A DNA stretch of 64,000 nt from a bacterium (lineage in GTDB: Bacteria > JAAXHH01). This document shows, one piece after another, positions 1 to 8,747 of the stretch. Location of the stretch: assembly GCA_965200485.1 (NCBI GenBank), contig CBDAUD010000002.1, forward strand, positions 137,939-201,938, read 5' to 3'. The notes beneath the pieces are model-generated. The model was not told the DNA's origin. It saw nothing but the letters and a program-made list of their open reading frames with translations, and made no database searches. The translations under genes and the position numbers were made by a program. Position 1 is the stretch's first letter. Every line of letters starts with the position of its first letter.

Positions 1-515
1 TGCATTTGATGTGGCTCGAAGACATGATCACCGGCGACTATACGCCCTTCGTCCTAGCCGACCTCTACCGTGAGGTAACGTCGAAGACTTCCACCCCCGT
101 CCATACCGGGGAACAGATCTACCTCCGGGAGAACTTCGTCGATCTTCTCGAGAAACGCGCCGTGGACGTGGTCGGACCCGATCCGGCCGACGTGGGCGGG
201 ATTGCGGAGCTGAAGTGGATCGCCGAGTACGCGGACCTACACGGCGTGCTCATGGCGCCTCACGGCGTCCTCGACGGGCTGATCGGTCTGGCCGCGCTGG
301 TGCATGCCTCGGCCACCATGCCGCCCAACTACATCGCCTTCGAGTATCCCGTCGGGAATCCGGCCTGGTGGTATGACATCGTGGAGGGCCTGCCGGACCC
401 CATCGTGCAAGACGGCTTCATCGACGTCTGGGACCGTCCCGGCTTGGGCGTCGATCTGATTCCGGACAAGACGATGCCCTATTTGAAGGAAGCCGACCAG
501 GGATTTTTCGACTAG
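1..515 (+). CDS. Enolase-superfamily enzyme, C-terminal part (mandelate racemase / D-galactonate dehydratase-like); 5' end lies off-window
   Basis: ORF 6..515 translates to a typical MR/MLE C-terminal domain (..VGPDPADVGGIAELKWIAEYADLHGVLMAPHG..NYIAFEYP..). The frame is open to the window edge. Stop at 513-515. Confidence 0.7.
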   Translation, partial: HLMWLEDMITGDYTPFVLADLYREVTSKTSTPVHTGEQIYLRENFVDLLEKRAVDVVGPDPADVGGIAELKWIAEYADLHGVLMAPHGVLDGLIGLAALVHASATMPPNYIAFEYPVGNPAWWYDIVEGLPDPIVQDGFIDVWDRPGLGVDLIPDKTMPYLKEADQGFFD

Positions 516-541
516 CCATCGCGAATTCCTGGAGCGACGCC

Positions 542-1696
542 ATGTATGTGAGTTTCCTGAAAGTCAGAAACTGGCGCAATTTCCCGCGGATCGACGTTGA
601 TCTGCAACCGCGGCAGTTTATCGTCGGTCCCAACGCGTCCGGGAAGTCCAACCTGATGGACGTCTTCCGGTTCCTTCGGGATATCGCGAAGACGGAGGGC
701 GGCGGACTGCAGAAGGCGGTCGCCAACCGGGGCGGCATGACCAAGATCCGGAATCTCGCCGCGCGCCGGGATCCGGATATAGCCATTGAAGTCCGATTCG
801 CCCATCCGGTGAACGGCCGCGAGCTCTGGCGCTACGAACTTGGTCTCAAACAGCAAGCCCGGGGACCCAGGCATCCGCTGATCGCCTACGAACGGGCGAG
901 CAGAGCGGGCGTTGCCGTACTCGACAGGCCGAACGAGACCGATCGGGAGGATGTTGTGCGGCTGACGCAGACCTATCTGGAGCAGATCGGGGCCAACCGG
1001 GTGTTCCGGGACATAGCCGGATGCTTCCAGGCCATGACCTATCATCACCTGGCGCCTCCGCTCCTTCGCCATGCGGACCTGGTTCGCAGTCCGGGCGTGG
1101 AGGACGATCCATACGGGATGGATTTCCTGGAAAAGGTGGCCCGGGAGCATGAGCGGCAGCGCCGGGCTCGCCTGTCCCGGATCGAACAGATCCTGAAGTT
1201 GTCCGTACCCCGTCTCGAGCAACTCGAGTTCATACGGGACCAGGAAACGGGCCGGCCCCACCTCCAGGCCCGGTATGCGCACTGGCGTCCCCGCGCCGGC
1301 CTCCAGCGGGAGGACCAGTTCTCCGACGGCACGTTGCGCCTGATCGGCATGTTGTGGACGCTTCTCGAAAGCGATTCGTTGCTGATGCTGGAAGAACCCG
1401 AACTCTGTCTGCACGCGGGTATCGTCAACCGGCTCGCCGCGCTGATCCGGCGCATGCAGCGAAACGCCGGCAGACAGGTGCTCGTCAGTACGCACAGCAC
1501 GGTCCTGTTGTCCGACCCCGATATCGAACGGGAGGAAGTGCTGTTGCTGAAGCCCGTCCCCCAAGGCACGGAAGTGGAGGTGCCCGGCAACGTGCGGGAC
1601 GTCCTGCCGCCGCTGGCGCGGGACGCCCAGGAAGAACGGGTTGCCTTCGAAAGAGCCCAGGCCAAGAAACTGGATCAGCTGAACCTTTTTCAATGA
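542..1696 (+). CDS. AAA_15/AAA_21 ABC-type ATPase, 384 aa, no nuclease domain; related to the ATPases of Septu/PARIS-type and abortive-infection systems
   Basis: N-terminal Walker A FIVGPNASGKSNLMDV; C-terminal ABC signature region FSDGTLRLIGMLWTL, Walker B LLMLEEPELCLH and H-loop VLVSTHS. GGAG ribosome-binding site 8 nt upstream of the ATG. No Toprim/HNH domain at 384 aa. Confidence 0.8.
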   Translation: MYVSFLKVRNWRNFPRIDVDLQPRQFIVGPNASGKSNLMDVFRFLRDIAKTEGGGLQKAVANRGGMTKIRNLAARRDPDIAIEVRFAHPVNGRELWRYELGLKQQARGPRHPLIAYERASRAGVAVLDRPNETDREDVVRLTQTYLEQIGANRVFRDIAGCFQAMTYHHLAPPLLRHADLVRSPGVEDDPYGMDFLEKVAREHERQRRARLSRIEQILKLSVPRLEQLEFIRDQETGRPHLQARYAHWRPRAGLQREDQFSDGTLRLIGMLWTLLESDSLLMLEEPELCLHAGIVNRLAALIRRMQRNAGRQVLVSTHSTVLLSDPDIEREEVLLLKPVPQGTEVEVPGNVRDVLPPLARDAQEERVAFERAQAKKLDQLNLFQ

Positions 1697-1706
1697 AGAA
1701 ACCTTC

Positions 1707-2456
1707 GTGACGAAAATCCGCAACCGTACTGCGCAGTGCCCGGAACGGCATTTCGCGCGCCATATCGCCGCCAACCGCTATCCCGGACGCGGGCTGGTCA
1801 TCGGACGTTCGGCCGATGGCGATCACTGGCTGCAGATCTACTGGATCATGGGTCGAAGTGCGCACAGCCGCAACCGCCGGTTCACGATAGAAGGGCCCGT
1901 ATTGCGGACTGAACCGGTAGACCCCTCGAAACTGGACGCGCCTGAGCTGATCATCTATTCGCCCATGCTCGAGCTGCCCGGAAAATACATCGTTACCAAC
2001 GGCGACCAGTCGCAGACCCTTTACGAGTCTTTGAGAAACGGCGGCAGTTTCGACACCGCGCTGGCCACCCGGGAGCGCGAGCCTGACGCCCCGCACTACA
2101 CGCCTCGGATCAGCGGGATGCTGGAACTGTCGCGGTCGCCTGCCATTACCCTGAGTATCCTGAAGGCGAACCCGTTCGATCCCGGCCGGACGGACCGGAA
2201 TACCTATCGGCCGGCGCTTCCGCCGTCCGGCCGCGGCCTGTGCCTGACGACGTATGCGGGAGACGGAGACCCGCTACCTAGTTTTTCGGGAGAGCCCCTC
2301 GTCATGCCGCTGGAAGGCGGGCCGGAGGAAGTGCTGCGGACGTACTGGAACGCGCTCGACCGCGAGAACAGGATCTCCATCGCCTTGAAACGCGTGGATC
2401 CGGACGGCAGCAGCGAAATCATGGTCATCAACAGATATCAACCCGACCGGAATTGA
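1707..2456 (+). CDS. PurO-like protein (archaeal-type IMP cyclohydrolase fold), 249 aa, GTG start
   Basis: RYPGRGLVIGRSADGDHWLQIYWIMGRSAHSRNRRF resembles the PurO N-terminal motif (Y.GR..VG.......Y.V.SRSFPNR), and the downstream IIYSP..VTNGDQ block also fits. Only 10 bp after the ATPase stop and 1 bp before the next gene. The ~20-aa N-terminal extension relative to PurO means the start is uncertain. Confidence 0.55.
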   Translation: MTKIRNRTAQCPERHFARHIAANRYPGRGLVIGRSADGDHWLQIYWIMGRSAHSRNRRFTIEGPVLRTEPVDPSKLDAPELIIYSPMLELPGKYIVTNGDQSQTLYESLRNGGSFDTALATREREPDAPHYTPRISGMLELSRSPAITLSILKANPFDPGRTDRNTYRPALPPSGRGLCLTTYAGDGDPLPSFSGEPLVMPLEGGPEEVLRTYWNALDRENRISIALKRVDPDGSSEIMVINRYQPDRN

Positions 2457-2457
2457 G

Positions 2458-5400
2458 GTGACGCGGATGCGCATCCCAACAGGCGCTGTTTCTGTTTTTT
2501 TGATGCTAAGTCTGGCCGGATGCGGAGACGCTACGCCTTCCCGCAACGTGTGGATGGAAGCCCTTTCGGAGAAGAACACGGGGCTCGCCTACCTGTACCG
2601 GAACGATCTCCAAGGTGCGGCCGATTCCTTTGAGGCGGTCGTCCGGCTGGTGCCCGGTGAGCCGCTCGGCCACGCGAACAGGGCCCTGGCGCTCCTGAAG
2701 CTCCGGGACTACGAAGCAGCCGATGCGGAGATCGACCGGGCCGTGGATCTCGCGCCGGAGGATGGCGCGGTCCTTTCCATCCAGTCTGACATCGTGGCGG
2801 CCCGAGGGGATCGCGAACGCGCCTTGTCCATTCTCGCCCGCGCGGTCGACCAGAACGAGTCCGACGTGGCGCTCCGATACAAATACCTCACGGAAATGAG
2901 AAGGCTGCGGGGACCGGCACACCGAATCGAAGCCACGGTGGGCGAATTGCAGGCCATGCTCGCGTACGAACCGGACAATCTGGCCGTGCTCGTCGAATTG
3001 AACGAAGCCCTGGTTCGTCTGGACCGGGTGCAGGAAGCCCTGACCGGATACGAACGCCTGTCCCGGTTGCTCGTCCCCGTCCGGGCAGACGTACGGACCT
3101 GGCTGGATCAGACCGTGGACGCGCTGAAACGCCGCGACGCGGCCGAAGCCGAGTCCACCGCGGGCATTCTGGGCAACCTGCTCGTGGTGGATCCGGCCTT
3201 CCGTTCGGCACGGGATCGCCTGGGGGACCCCTCGCAGCAGTCCCCCCCGCTATACCGTTTCCGGACGGCGCCGGCCGACTTGGCCATCCAGACCGCGGAG
3301 GCCCTGGTCGACATGCGTTTCGCAGACGCGACAGACGGATGGCTCGGCGATGCGCTGCGGACACGGGATGCATGGACGGACCTGGCGCTGGCAGACATGG
3401 ACGGGGACGATCGCCTGGATATCGTGCTGACGGGACCGGACGGGTTGTTCGTCGCGCCCAACCGTCTGGCGGACCGGGAGACGATCTCGAATCCGTGGTC
3501 CGTTGCATGGGGGGGATCGGACTATCGGCTGACCCCCGGCGACTTCGACAACGATGGGGACGTGGATCTGCACGTGGCCGGAATCGGGCGGTCCAGGGTG
3601 TATCACAATGCGGGAAACGGCGCCAGCATCCTTGCCCAGACCTTGCCTTTGGCCGAAGATTCGACCAGGTCGAATGCGCCCGTGTACGTGTCGCGGGCGG
3701 ATTTTGACCACGACGGCGATCTGGATATCCTGGCGTCAAACGGGATGGCGCTTCGATTCTATCGGCATACGGCGGACGGACTGTTCGAAGAGGCCACCGC
3801 CGAAACGGGTTTCGAAGAAGCGCGTGGCGAAATCTCCATGGCGGGCGGGAAACCCGCCTCCGTCGCTTCTGCCGCCTACCGCGGGCGGTCCGTTCAGCCG
3901 ATCGCGTGGGGCGACTTCGACCTGGACGGGGCCGTGGATGTGTTCGCGTTGTCCGAGGCCGGTTCCCACCGGATGTACCGAAACGTGAGACAGGGCAGGT
4001 GGGTGGACTGGACCGCCCGTTTTGGTGGCATCCCCCGGGGGCGGGCGCAGGCGGCGGTCGCGGCCGATTTCAATAACGATGGGTCGCTGGACCTGTTTTT
4101 GGCGGGATCCGGGGACGACGGATGCCGGCTGTTGTGGAATGAGGCGGGCAGCGGTTTTGCAGCGGAAGACGCGAATCCGGATGGCGCGTGTAGCGGCCTC
4201 GTTGTCGCCGCCGTCCGGCCCGTCGATTTCGACAATGACGGCTTCATCGACCTCGCGCTGGCCGGCGCCGCGGCACCGGAACGGGACGGGCTCCGGCTGA
4301 TCAGAAACCTCGGGAACGGCCGGTTCGAGGATCAGTCCGCGCTGCTGCCCGACTTGCCCGCCGACGTTGAAGACCTGGAAATCGGCGATCTGGACGATGA
4401 CGGCGATTTGGACCTCGTGCTCCTGTCCGCGGGCCGCGCGGTCATACTCCGGAACGACGGGGGCAACCGGAACGGCTGGTTCAAGGTCCGCCTTGCCGCC
4501 GCGCTGGAGGGAAGCGGCAAGAACAACTTCTACGGCATAGGGTCCACGATGGAAATCAATGCGGCGGCGCACTACCAGTCGCTGCTGGTGAACGGAGCCG
4601 TCACCCACGTCGGGCTCGGCGATCGGGAACAGGCGGACGTAATCCGGGTCATCTGGAGCAACGGGGTACCCCAGAACCGGATCGATCCGGCCTCCCGCAC
4701 GCTCATCGTCGAACCCCAGCGACTGAAAGGCTCGTGTCCGTCGCTGTACACCTGGAACGGCGACCGATACGTTTTCGTCACGCACCTGATGACGCGAAGC
4801 GCGATTGGCGCCCTGACGGAAACCGGTGCGCCCGCCTGGCCGGATGCCGCGAACGACTATGTGAAGATTCGCGGCGACCAGCTGCGCAAGCGAGACGGCA
4901 GATACGAGGTCCGGGTCGTGGAGGAACTCTGGGACGCGGTGTACATGGACAAAATGGAACTTCTGGTCGTCGATCACCCGGCGGAGACGGACATCTACGT
5001 GGATGAGAAGTACCTGCCGCCCCCCTTCCCGGACCTGGAGATCCATACGGTGACCGATCCACGTCTTCCCGTGGCGGCACGCGATCACCGCGGAAACGAC
5101 ATACTGCCCCATCTCACCGCCCGGGACAGCCTGTACGTCGGCGACTATACGCTTGGCCAGTTCCAAGGCGTTCCGGAACGCCATTCAATCACCCTGGACC
5201 TGGGCGACCTGAAGCATGCCAAGCGTATCCATCTCTATCTCGGCGGCTGGATCATGCCGATCGAACCCAGTTCCAACCTGGCCCTGTCCCAGCGAAGGAA
5301 CGCCGCCGTCATACCGCCGTACCTGGAGACGCCGGACAGCAAGGGCCGTTGGCAGACGGTCATTCCATATACCGGCTTTCCGTCGGGGGAACACAAGACG

Positions 5401-6033
5401 ATATTCATCGATCTGACGGACTGTTTCCCTGCCGACGACTTCCGTATCCGGCTCACCACCAATCTGCAATTGTATTGGAGCGAGGCGTTCTTCACCGTCG
5501 ATCAACCCGAGCGCGTAGCGCAGCGGGTTACCCGCCTGTCTCCCGCTTCCGCGGACCTTCATTACCGCGGGTACTCCCGGGAGTACCGGTACGCCCCCCA
5601 CGGTCCCTTCGTTCGGGACTACGATACGCTGAGCGGAGAACCGCAGTGGCTTCCTTTCGAGGGATACAGGACGCGGTACGGCGATGTGGCGTCGCTGCTG
5701 AAGACGTCCGACGATCACTACGTCATCTATAGTTCGGGCGAGGAAATCGCGGTAACCTTCGACGCGGCGGATTTGCCCGATCTGCCGTCCGGCTGGACGA
5801 GGGATTTCATCCTGCACACCGACGGATGGCTCAAGGAGGGCGACCTCAATACGGCGACCGCCGCCACGATCGGCCCCCTGCCCTTTCACGGCATGGACCG
5901 CTATCCGTATGGCATCGAGTCGCATTACCCCGACACCGACGGTCACCGGCAATACCGGGACGCGTACAACACGCGCTGGGTTTCCCAGGCCGGGTTCAGA
6001 GCAGCCGTAAGACGGCACGGCCTGGCACGCTGA
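2458..6033 (+). CDS. Large lipoprotein, 1191 aa: N-terminal TPR repeats, FG-GAP/VCBS beta-propeller repeats, C-terminal ASPIC/UnbV domain (CRTAC1 family)
   Basis: Lipobox LSLAGCGD after a hydrophobic h-region. TPR-like AxxAxxxY pattern at residues ~40-200. Repeated DxDGDGxxD / FDNDG motifs characteristic of FG-GAP. The C-terminal ~450 aa matches UnbV_ASPIC architecture. GTG start. Confidence 0.7.
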   Translation: MTRMRIPTGAVSVFLMLSLAGCGDATPSRNVWMEALSEKNTGLAYLYRNDLQGAADSFEAVVRLVPGEPLGHANRALALLKLRDYEAADAEIDRAVDLAPEDGAVLSIQSDIVAARGDRERALSILARAVDQNESDVALRYKYLTEMRRLRGPAHRIEATVGELQAMLAYEPDNLAVLVELNEALVRLDRVQEALTGYERLSRLLVPVRADVRTWLDQTVDALKRRDAAEAESTAGILGNLLVVDPAFRSARDRLGDPSQQSPPLYRFRTAPADLAIQTAEALVDMRFADATDGWLGDALRTRDAWTDLALADMDGDDRLDIVLTGPDGLFVAPNRLADRETISNPWSVAWGGSDYRLTPGDFDNDGDVDLHVAGIGRSRVYHNAGNGASILAQTLPLAEDSTRSNAPVYVSRADFDHDGDLDILASNGMALRFYRHTADGLFEEATAETGFEEARGEISMAGGKPASVASAAYRGRSVQPIAWGDFDLDGAVDVFALSEAGSHRMYRNVRQGRWVDWTARFGGIPRGRAQAAVAADFNNDGSLDLFLAGSGDDGCRLLWNEAGSGFAAEDANPDGACSGLVVAAVRPVDFDNDGFIDLALAGAAAPERDGLRLIRNLGNGRFEDQSALLPDLPADVEDLEIGDLDDDGDLDLVLLSAGRAVILRNDGGNRNGWFKVRLAAALEGSGKNNFYGIGSTMEINAAAHYQSLLVNGAVTHVGLGDREQADVIRVIWSNGVPQNRIDPASRTLIVEPQRLKGSCPSLYTWNGDRYVFVTHLMTRSAIGALTETGAPAWPDAANDYVKIRGDQLRKRDGRYEVRVVEELWDAVYMDKMELLVVDHPAETDIYVDEKYLPPPFPDLEIHTVTDPRLPVAARDHRGNDILPHLTARDSLYVGDYTLGQFQGVPERHSITLDLGDLKHAKRIHLYLGGWIMPIEPSSNLALSQRRNAAVIPPYLETPDSKGRWQTVIPYTGFPSGEHKTIFIDLTDCFPADDFRIRLTTNLQLYWSEAFFTVDQPERVAQRVTRLSPASADLHYRGYSREYRYAPHGPFVRDYDTLSGEPQWLPFEGYRTRYGDVASLLKTSDDHYVIYSSGEEIAVTFDAADLPDLPSGWTRDFILHTDGWLKEGDLNTATAATIGPLPFHGMDRYPYGIESHYPDTDGHRQYRDAYNTRWVSQAGFRAAVRRHGLAR

Positions 6034-6099
6034 TAGCGCGCCGGTCCACTGGTTCGACTGCGATCCGCCTGCGAGTCGCCGGTCTGCCTTCGACCCGTT

Positions 6100-7125
6100 T
6101 CAGGAACCTGGAACCAGGGACACTTTGATCAACTCCCCCGGATCATCCACCAGTTTCGCGAAAATACCGGGTCCCTGCGCAAGTTCCCGGGCGACGACCA
6201 TGGATGCGACGTCGATCTTTCCGGAGGAGATCAGTTCAAGGGAGTAGGCGAAATCGAGGCTCGTGTAGGCGTAGGATCCTCTGACCGACAGTTCCTTGTT
6301 CACCATGGCCACACCGTCGATGGCCATGGGCCCTTCGGCGCCCAGGCCCAGCATCACGGCCTCGCCGCCTTCCCGCAGCATGCGCACGGCCTGTTCCTGC
6401 GTGGCGGTGTGCCCCACCGCCTCGATGGCCAGGTCCACCCCGCGTCCATCCGTCATGTCCATTACCGCTTCCACCGGATCCTGCGAGCGTACATCGACAA
6501 CGTCCGTCGCGCCCTGAGCCGAGGCCAGAGCCAGTCGGGAAGAGACCATGTCGGTCACCGCGATACGGGTCGCACCGATGTGACGGGCTACCTGCAGGGC
6601 GAGGAGCCCCTGCGTACCGGCACCGATGACGGCCACCCGTTTGATGAAGCCGCGCAGGCTTCGGTCGAAGATGTGCAATGCGTTCGAGAGGGATTCGACC
6701 ATGCTGCCCTCGAGATCGCCCACGTGGTCGGGCAGCGCGAAGCACGATTCCGCCGGAACGGAGACATACCTGGCGAAGGCGCCCGGGTGCTCGATTCCGA
6801 TGACCGTTCGGTGCGGACAGATACTGGTGCGTCCCCGGCGGCATTCCTCGCACAGACCGCAGGAAAGGATCGGATTGACGGTGACCCGTTGGCCGATGGA
6901 AAGTTCGTCCACTCCCCGGCCCCGATCCACGATTTCTCCGGTAAACTCGTGCCCCATGATCAGCGGCGGAACGCGCTTGGCGCTCTTGCCCAGAAATCCG
7001 TGCAGATCAGAACCGCATATGCTCGCGGCGCCGACTTTCAGTACGACATGCCCGGGCGTCGCGCCGGGTTCTGCCACCTCCTGCATTTCCATCTCGCGCG
7101 TTCCCAGATACATGAGCGCCTGCAT
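6100..7125 (-). CDS. Zinc-dependent alcohol dehydrogenase (MDR family, threonine/sorbitol dehydrogenase-like)
   Basis: Catalytic-Zn motif GHEFTGEIV, structural-Zn Cys cluster CGLCEECRRG..C, Rossmann fold VAVIGAGTQG. Confidence 0.85.
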   Translation of the reverse strand: MQALMYLGTREMEMQEVAEPGATPGHVVLKVGAASICGSDLHGFLGKSAKRVPPLIMGHEFTGEIVDRGRGVDELSIGQRVTVNPILSCGLCEECRRGRTSICPHRTVIGIEHPGAFARYVSVPAESCFALPDHVGDLEGSMVESLSNALHIFDRSLRGFIKRVAVIGAGTQGLLALQVARHIGATRIAVTDMVSSRLALASAQGATDVVDVRSQDPVEAVMDMTDGRGVDLAIEAVGHTATQEQAVRMLREGGEAVMLGLGAEGPMAIDGVAMVNKELSVRGSYAYTSLDFAYSLELISSGKIDVASMVVARELAQGPGIFAKLVDDPGELIKVSLVPGS

Positions 7126-7202
7126 GCCATCCTCCTGTATGCTATGTGCTGTATTCCGTGTACGGTATTCGACGGACGAGTTTTCGAAGTGCGCGCACCG
7201 GC

Positions 7203-8531
7203 TCAGTAGTTTCTGAACATGATCACGGAGTCGATGGTGCGCGCGTCGGCAAAAAGCATGGCCACGCGGTCCAGACCGACGGCGATCCCGCCCGAAGGCG
7301 GCATGCCGTATTCGAGGGCCGCCAGCAGCGCTTCGTCAACGCTGCCATCGTAGCCTTCTTGGGCCTGCTTGATCCGAAGCTCCGCCTCGAAACGGGCACG
7401 CTGCTCCACCGGATCGTTCAACTCCGTGAAGGCATTGGCCAGTTCAAGTCCCCCCATGTAGAGTTCGAATCGCTCCACGTACCGGTCATTGCCGGGAACG
7501 CGGCGCGCCAGCGACGGCAACCGGGCGGGATATTCGGTCAGGAAGACCGGACGGTCGGCGGGCAGGGCGGGTTCGACATCCGCCAGGAAAACGCGATGAA
7601 ACAGATCGTCCCAGCCGTCGTCTTCGCGGACCTCGTATCCTCTGGATTCGGCTTCGGAAGCGAACACGTCAGGGGCATCGCAGTCGTCCAGATCAATGCC
7701 GGTACGGTCCAGAAAGAAGTCCCGCACCCGGTACCTTGGCCACGGCGGGTTCAGATCGATCCGGGTACCCTGATAGGTCAGTGCGCCACATCCGTTGAAT
7801 GCCATCGCCAGGGACGCCAGGTAGTCCTCCGTGGTTTTCATGACGGATTCATAATCGGCGAAGGCCTCGTACCACTCCAGGCCGGTGAATTCGGGATGGT
7901 GGGTGTCGTAGCGCTCGCCGTTTCTATAGAACCGGCATATCTGGTAGATGCGTTCGCATCCCGCCGCCAGCAGGCGCTTCATGTAATGTTCCGGCGAGGT
8001 CTGCAGATAGAAGGGACGCGATCTGCCGAAGTCGTCCAGGTAGACCGTCTTGAAGGAACGCAGGGCGGGAGTCAGATCCGGCACCGTCATGAAGGCGGGC
8101 GTGTCCACGCCGAGGAAACCGCGGGATTCGAAGAAAGAACGGGTATGGGCGAGGAGACGCGCCCTGATTTCCACCGCCGCCGCGGCCGCGGGCTCGGGCG
8201 CTTGTCGCAGACAGGGGGCCAGGAGTCGTACGGCGGATACGACGCATACGTCCCGATTCCACGTTCCCGCGCACTCCACCAGATCACCGCTGGAGAGCAC
8301 GGAGCATATCCCGGACAGGCCGGGATCGGCCAGATCCAGCTCGATCTGGCCGGTCGCGTCCTTCAATACGCCGCGCCGGGTGTCCGGGACCAGCCGAACC
8401 AGCCGGCCGGCCACAACGAGCTTGCCCCAACCGCTGCCGGATTCCAGGACCTGGCGTACCGTATGCGAACGCCCGATCCGTGCGGGATAGGCTTCGAAAC
8501 CCTGGTTGCGGAGCTGTTCGATACGAGACAT
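7203..8531 (-). CDS. Class II lysyl-tRNA synthetase family protein with N-terminal OB fold (LysS / EpmA-GenX-like EF-P lysyltransferase)
   Basis: Class II motifs FYLQTSPE, ..FRNGE..THHPEFTGLEWY.., GGLELANAFTELNDP, GMPPSGGIAVGLDRVAML. OB-fold segment GWGKLVVAGRLV..GQIELDLAD. The track ORF starts at 8735, but the homologous start MSRIEQLRN is at ~8531. The 68 upstream codons are a probable spurious extension. Confidence 0.7.
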   Translation of the reverse strand: MSRIEQLRNQGFEAYPARIGRSHTVRQVLESGSGWGKLVVAGRLVRLVPDTRRGVLKDATGQIELDLADPGLSGICSVLSSGDLVECAGTWNRDVCVVSAVRLLAPCLRQAPEPAAAAAVEIRARLLAHTRSFFESRGFLGVDTPAFMTVPDLTPALRSFKTVYLDDFGRSRPFYLQTSPEHYMKRLLAAGCERIYQICRFYRNGERYDTHHPEFTGLEWYEAFADYESVMKTTEDYLASLAMAFNGCGALTYQGTRIDLNPPWPRYRVRDFFLDRTGIDLDDCDAPDVFASEAESRGYEVREDDGWDDLFHRVFLADVEPALPADRPVFLTEYPARLPSLARRVPGNDRYVERFELYMGGLELANAFTELNDPVEQRARFEAELRIKQAQEGYDGSVDEALLAALEYGMPPSGGIAVGLDRVAMLFADARTIDSVIMFRNY

Positions 8532-8747
8532 TGCATCGTTCCCGGTATAACGAATGCGGCTAAACGAGTGGTAAACATTAACGGTCGAATCGGACAAACG
8601 CAAGCACCACTTCGGGCTTGATTTATTGCCTTGGAAACGGTACCATAGCAGGAGTCGGTCCGGACTTCGGAACCCGGTCCGAATCACAACGCCACAACGC
8701 ATCGCCCGCGGATATATGCCCGCAGCAATCTTCATCCGGTTTTTTCA

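Noticed and set aside
512-1774. 420-aa ORF on the minus strand antisense to the AAA ATPase gene. Similar long antisense ORFs occur at 3736..5184, 5185..6018, 7146..8621, 8973..9689, 9960..10841, 12041..12790, 15853..17439, 16481..17845, 24984..27098, 27575..28618, 33454..35004, 36350..37300, 37634..38878, 44457..45806, 46118..47269, 50060..51082, 53758..56616 and 57542..58570.
   Set aside because: High-GC genomes generate long stop-free reverse and alternate frames. These ORFs have Arg/Pro/Gly-rich low-complexity translations, no motifs, and overlap well-supported genes on the opposite strand.
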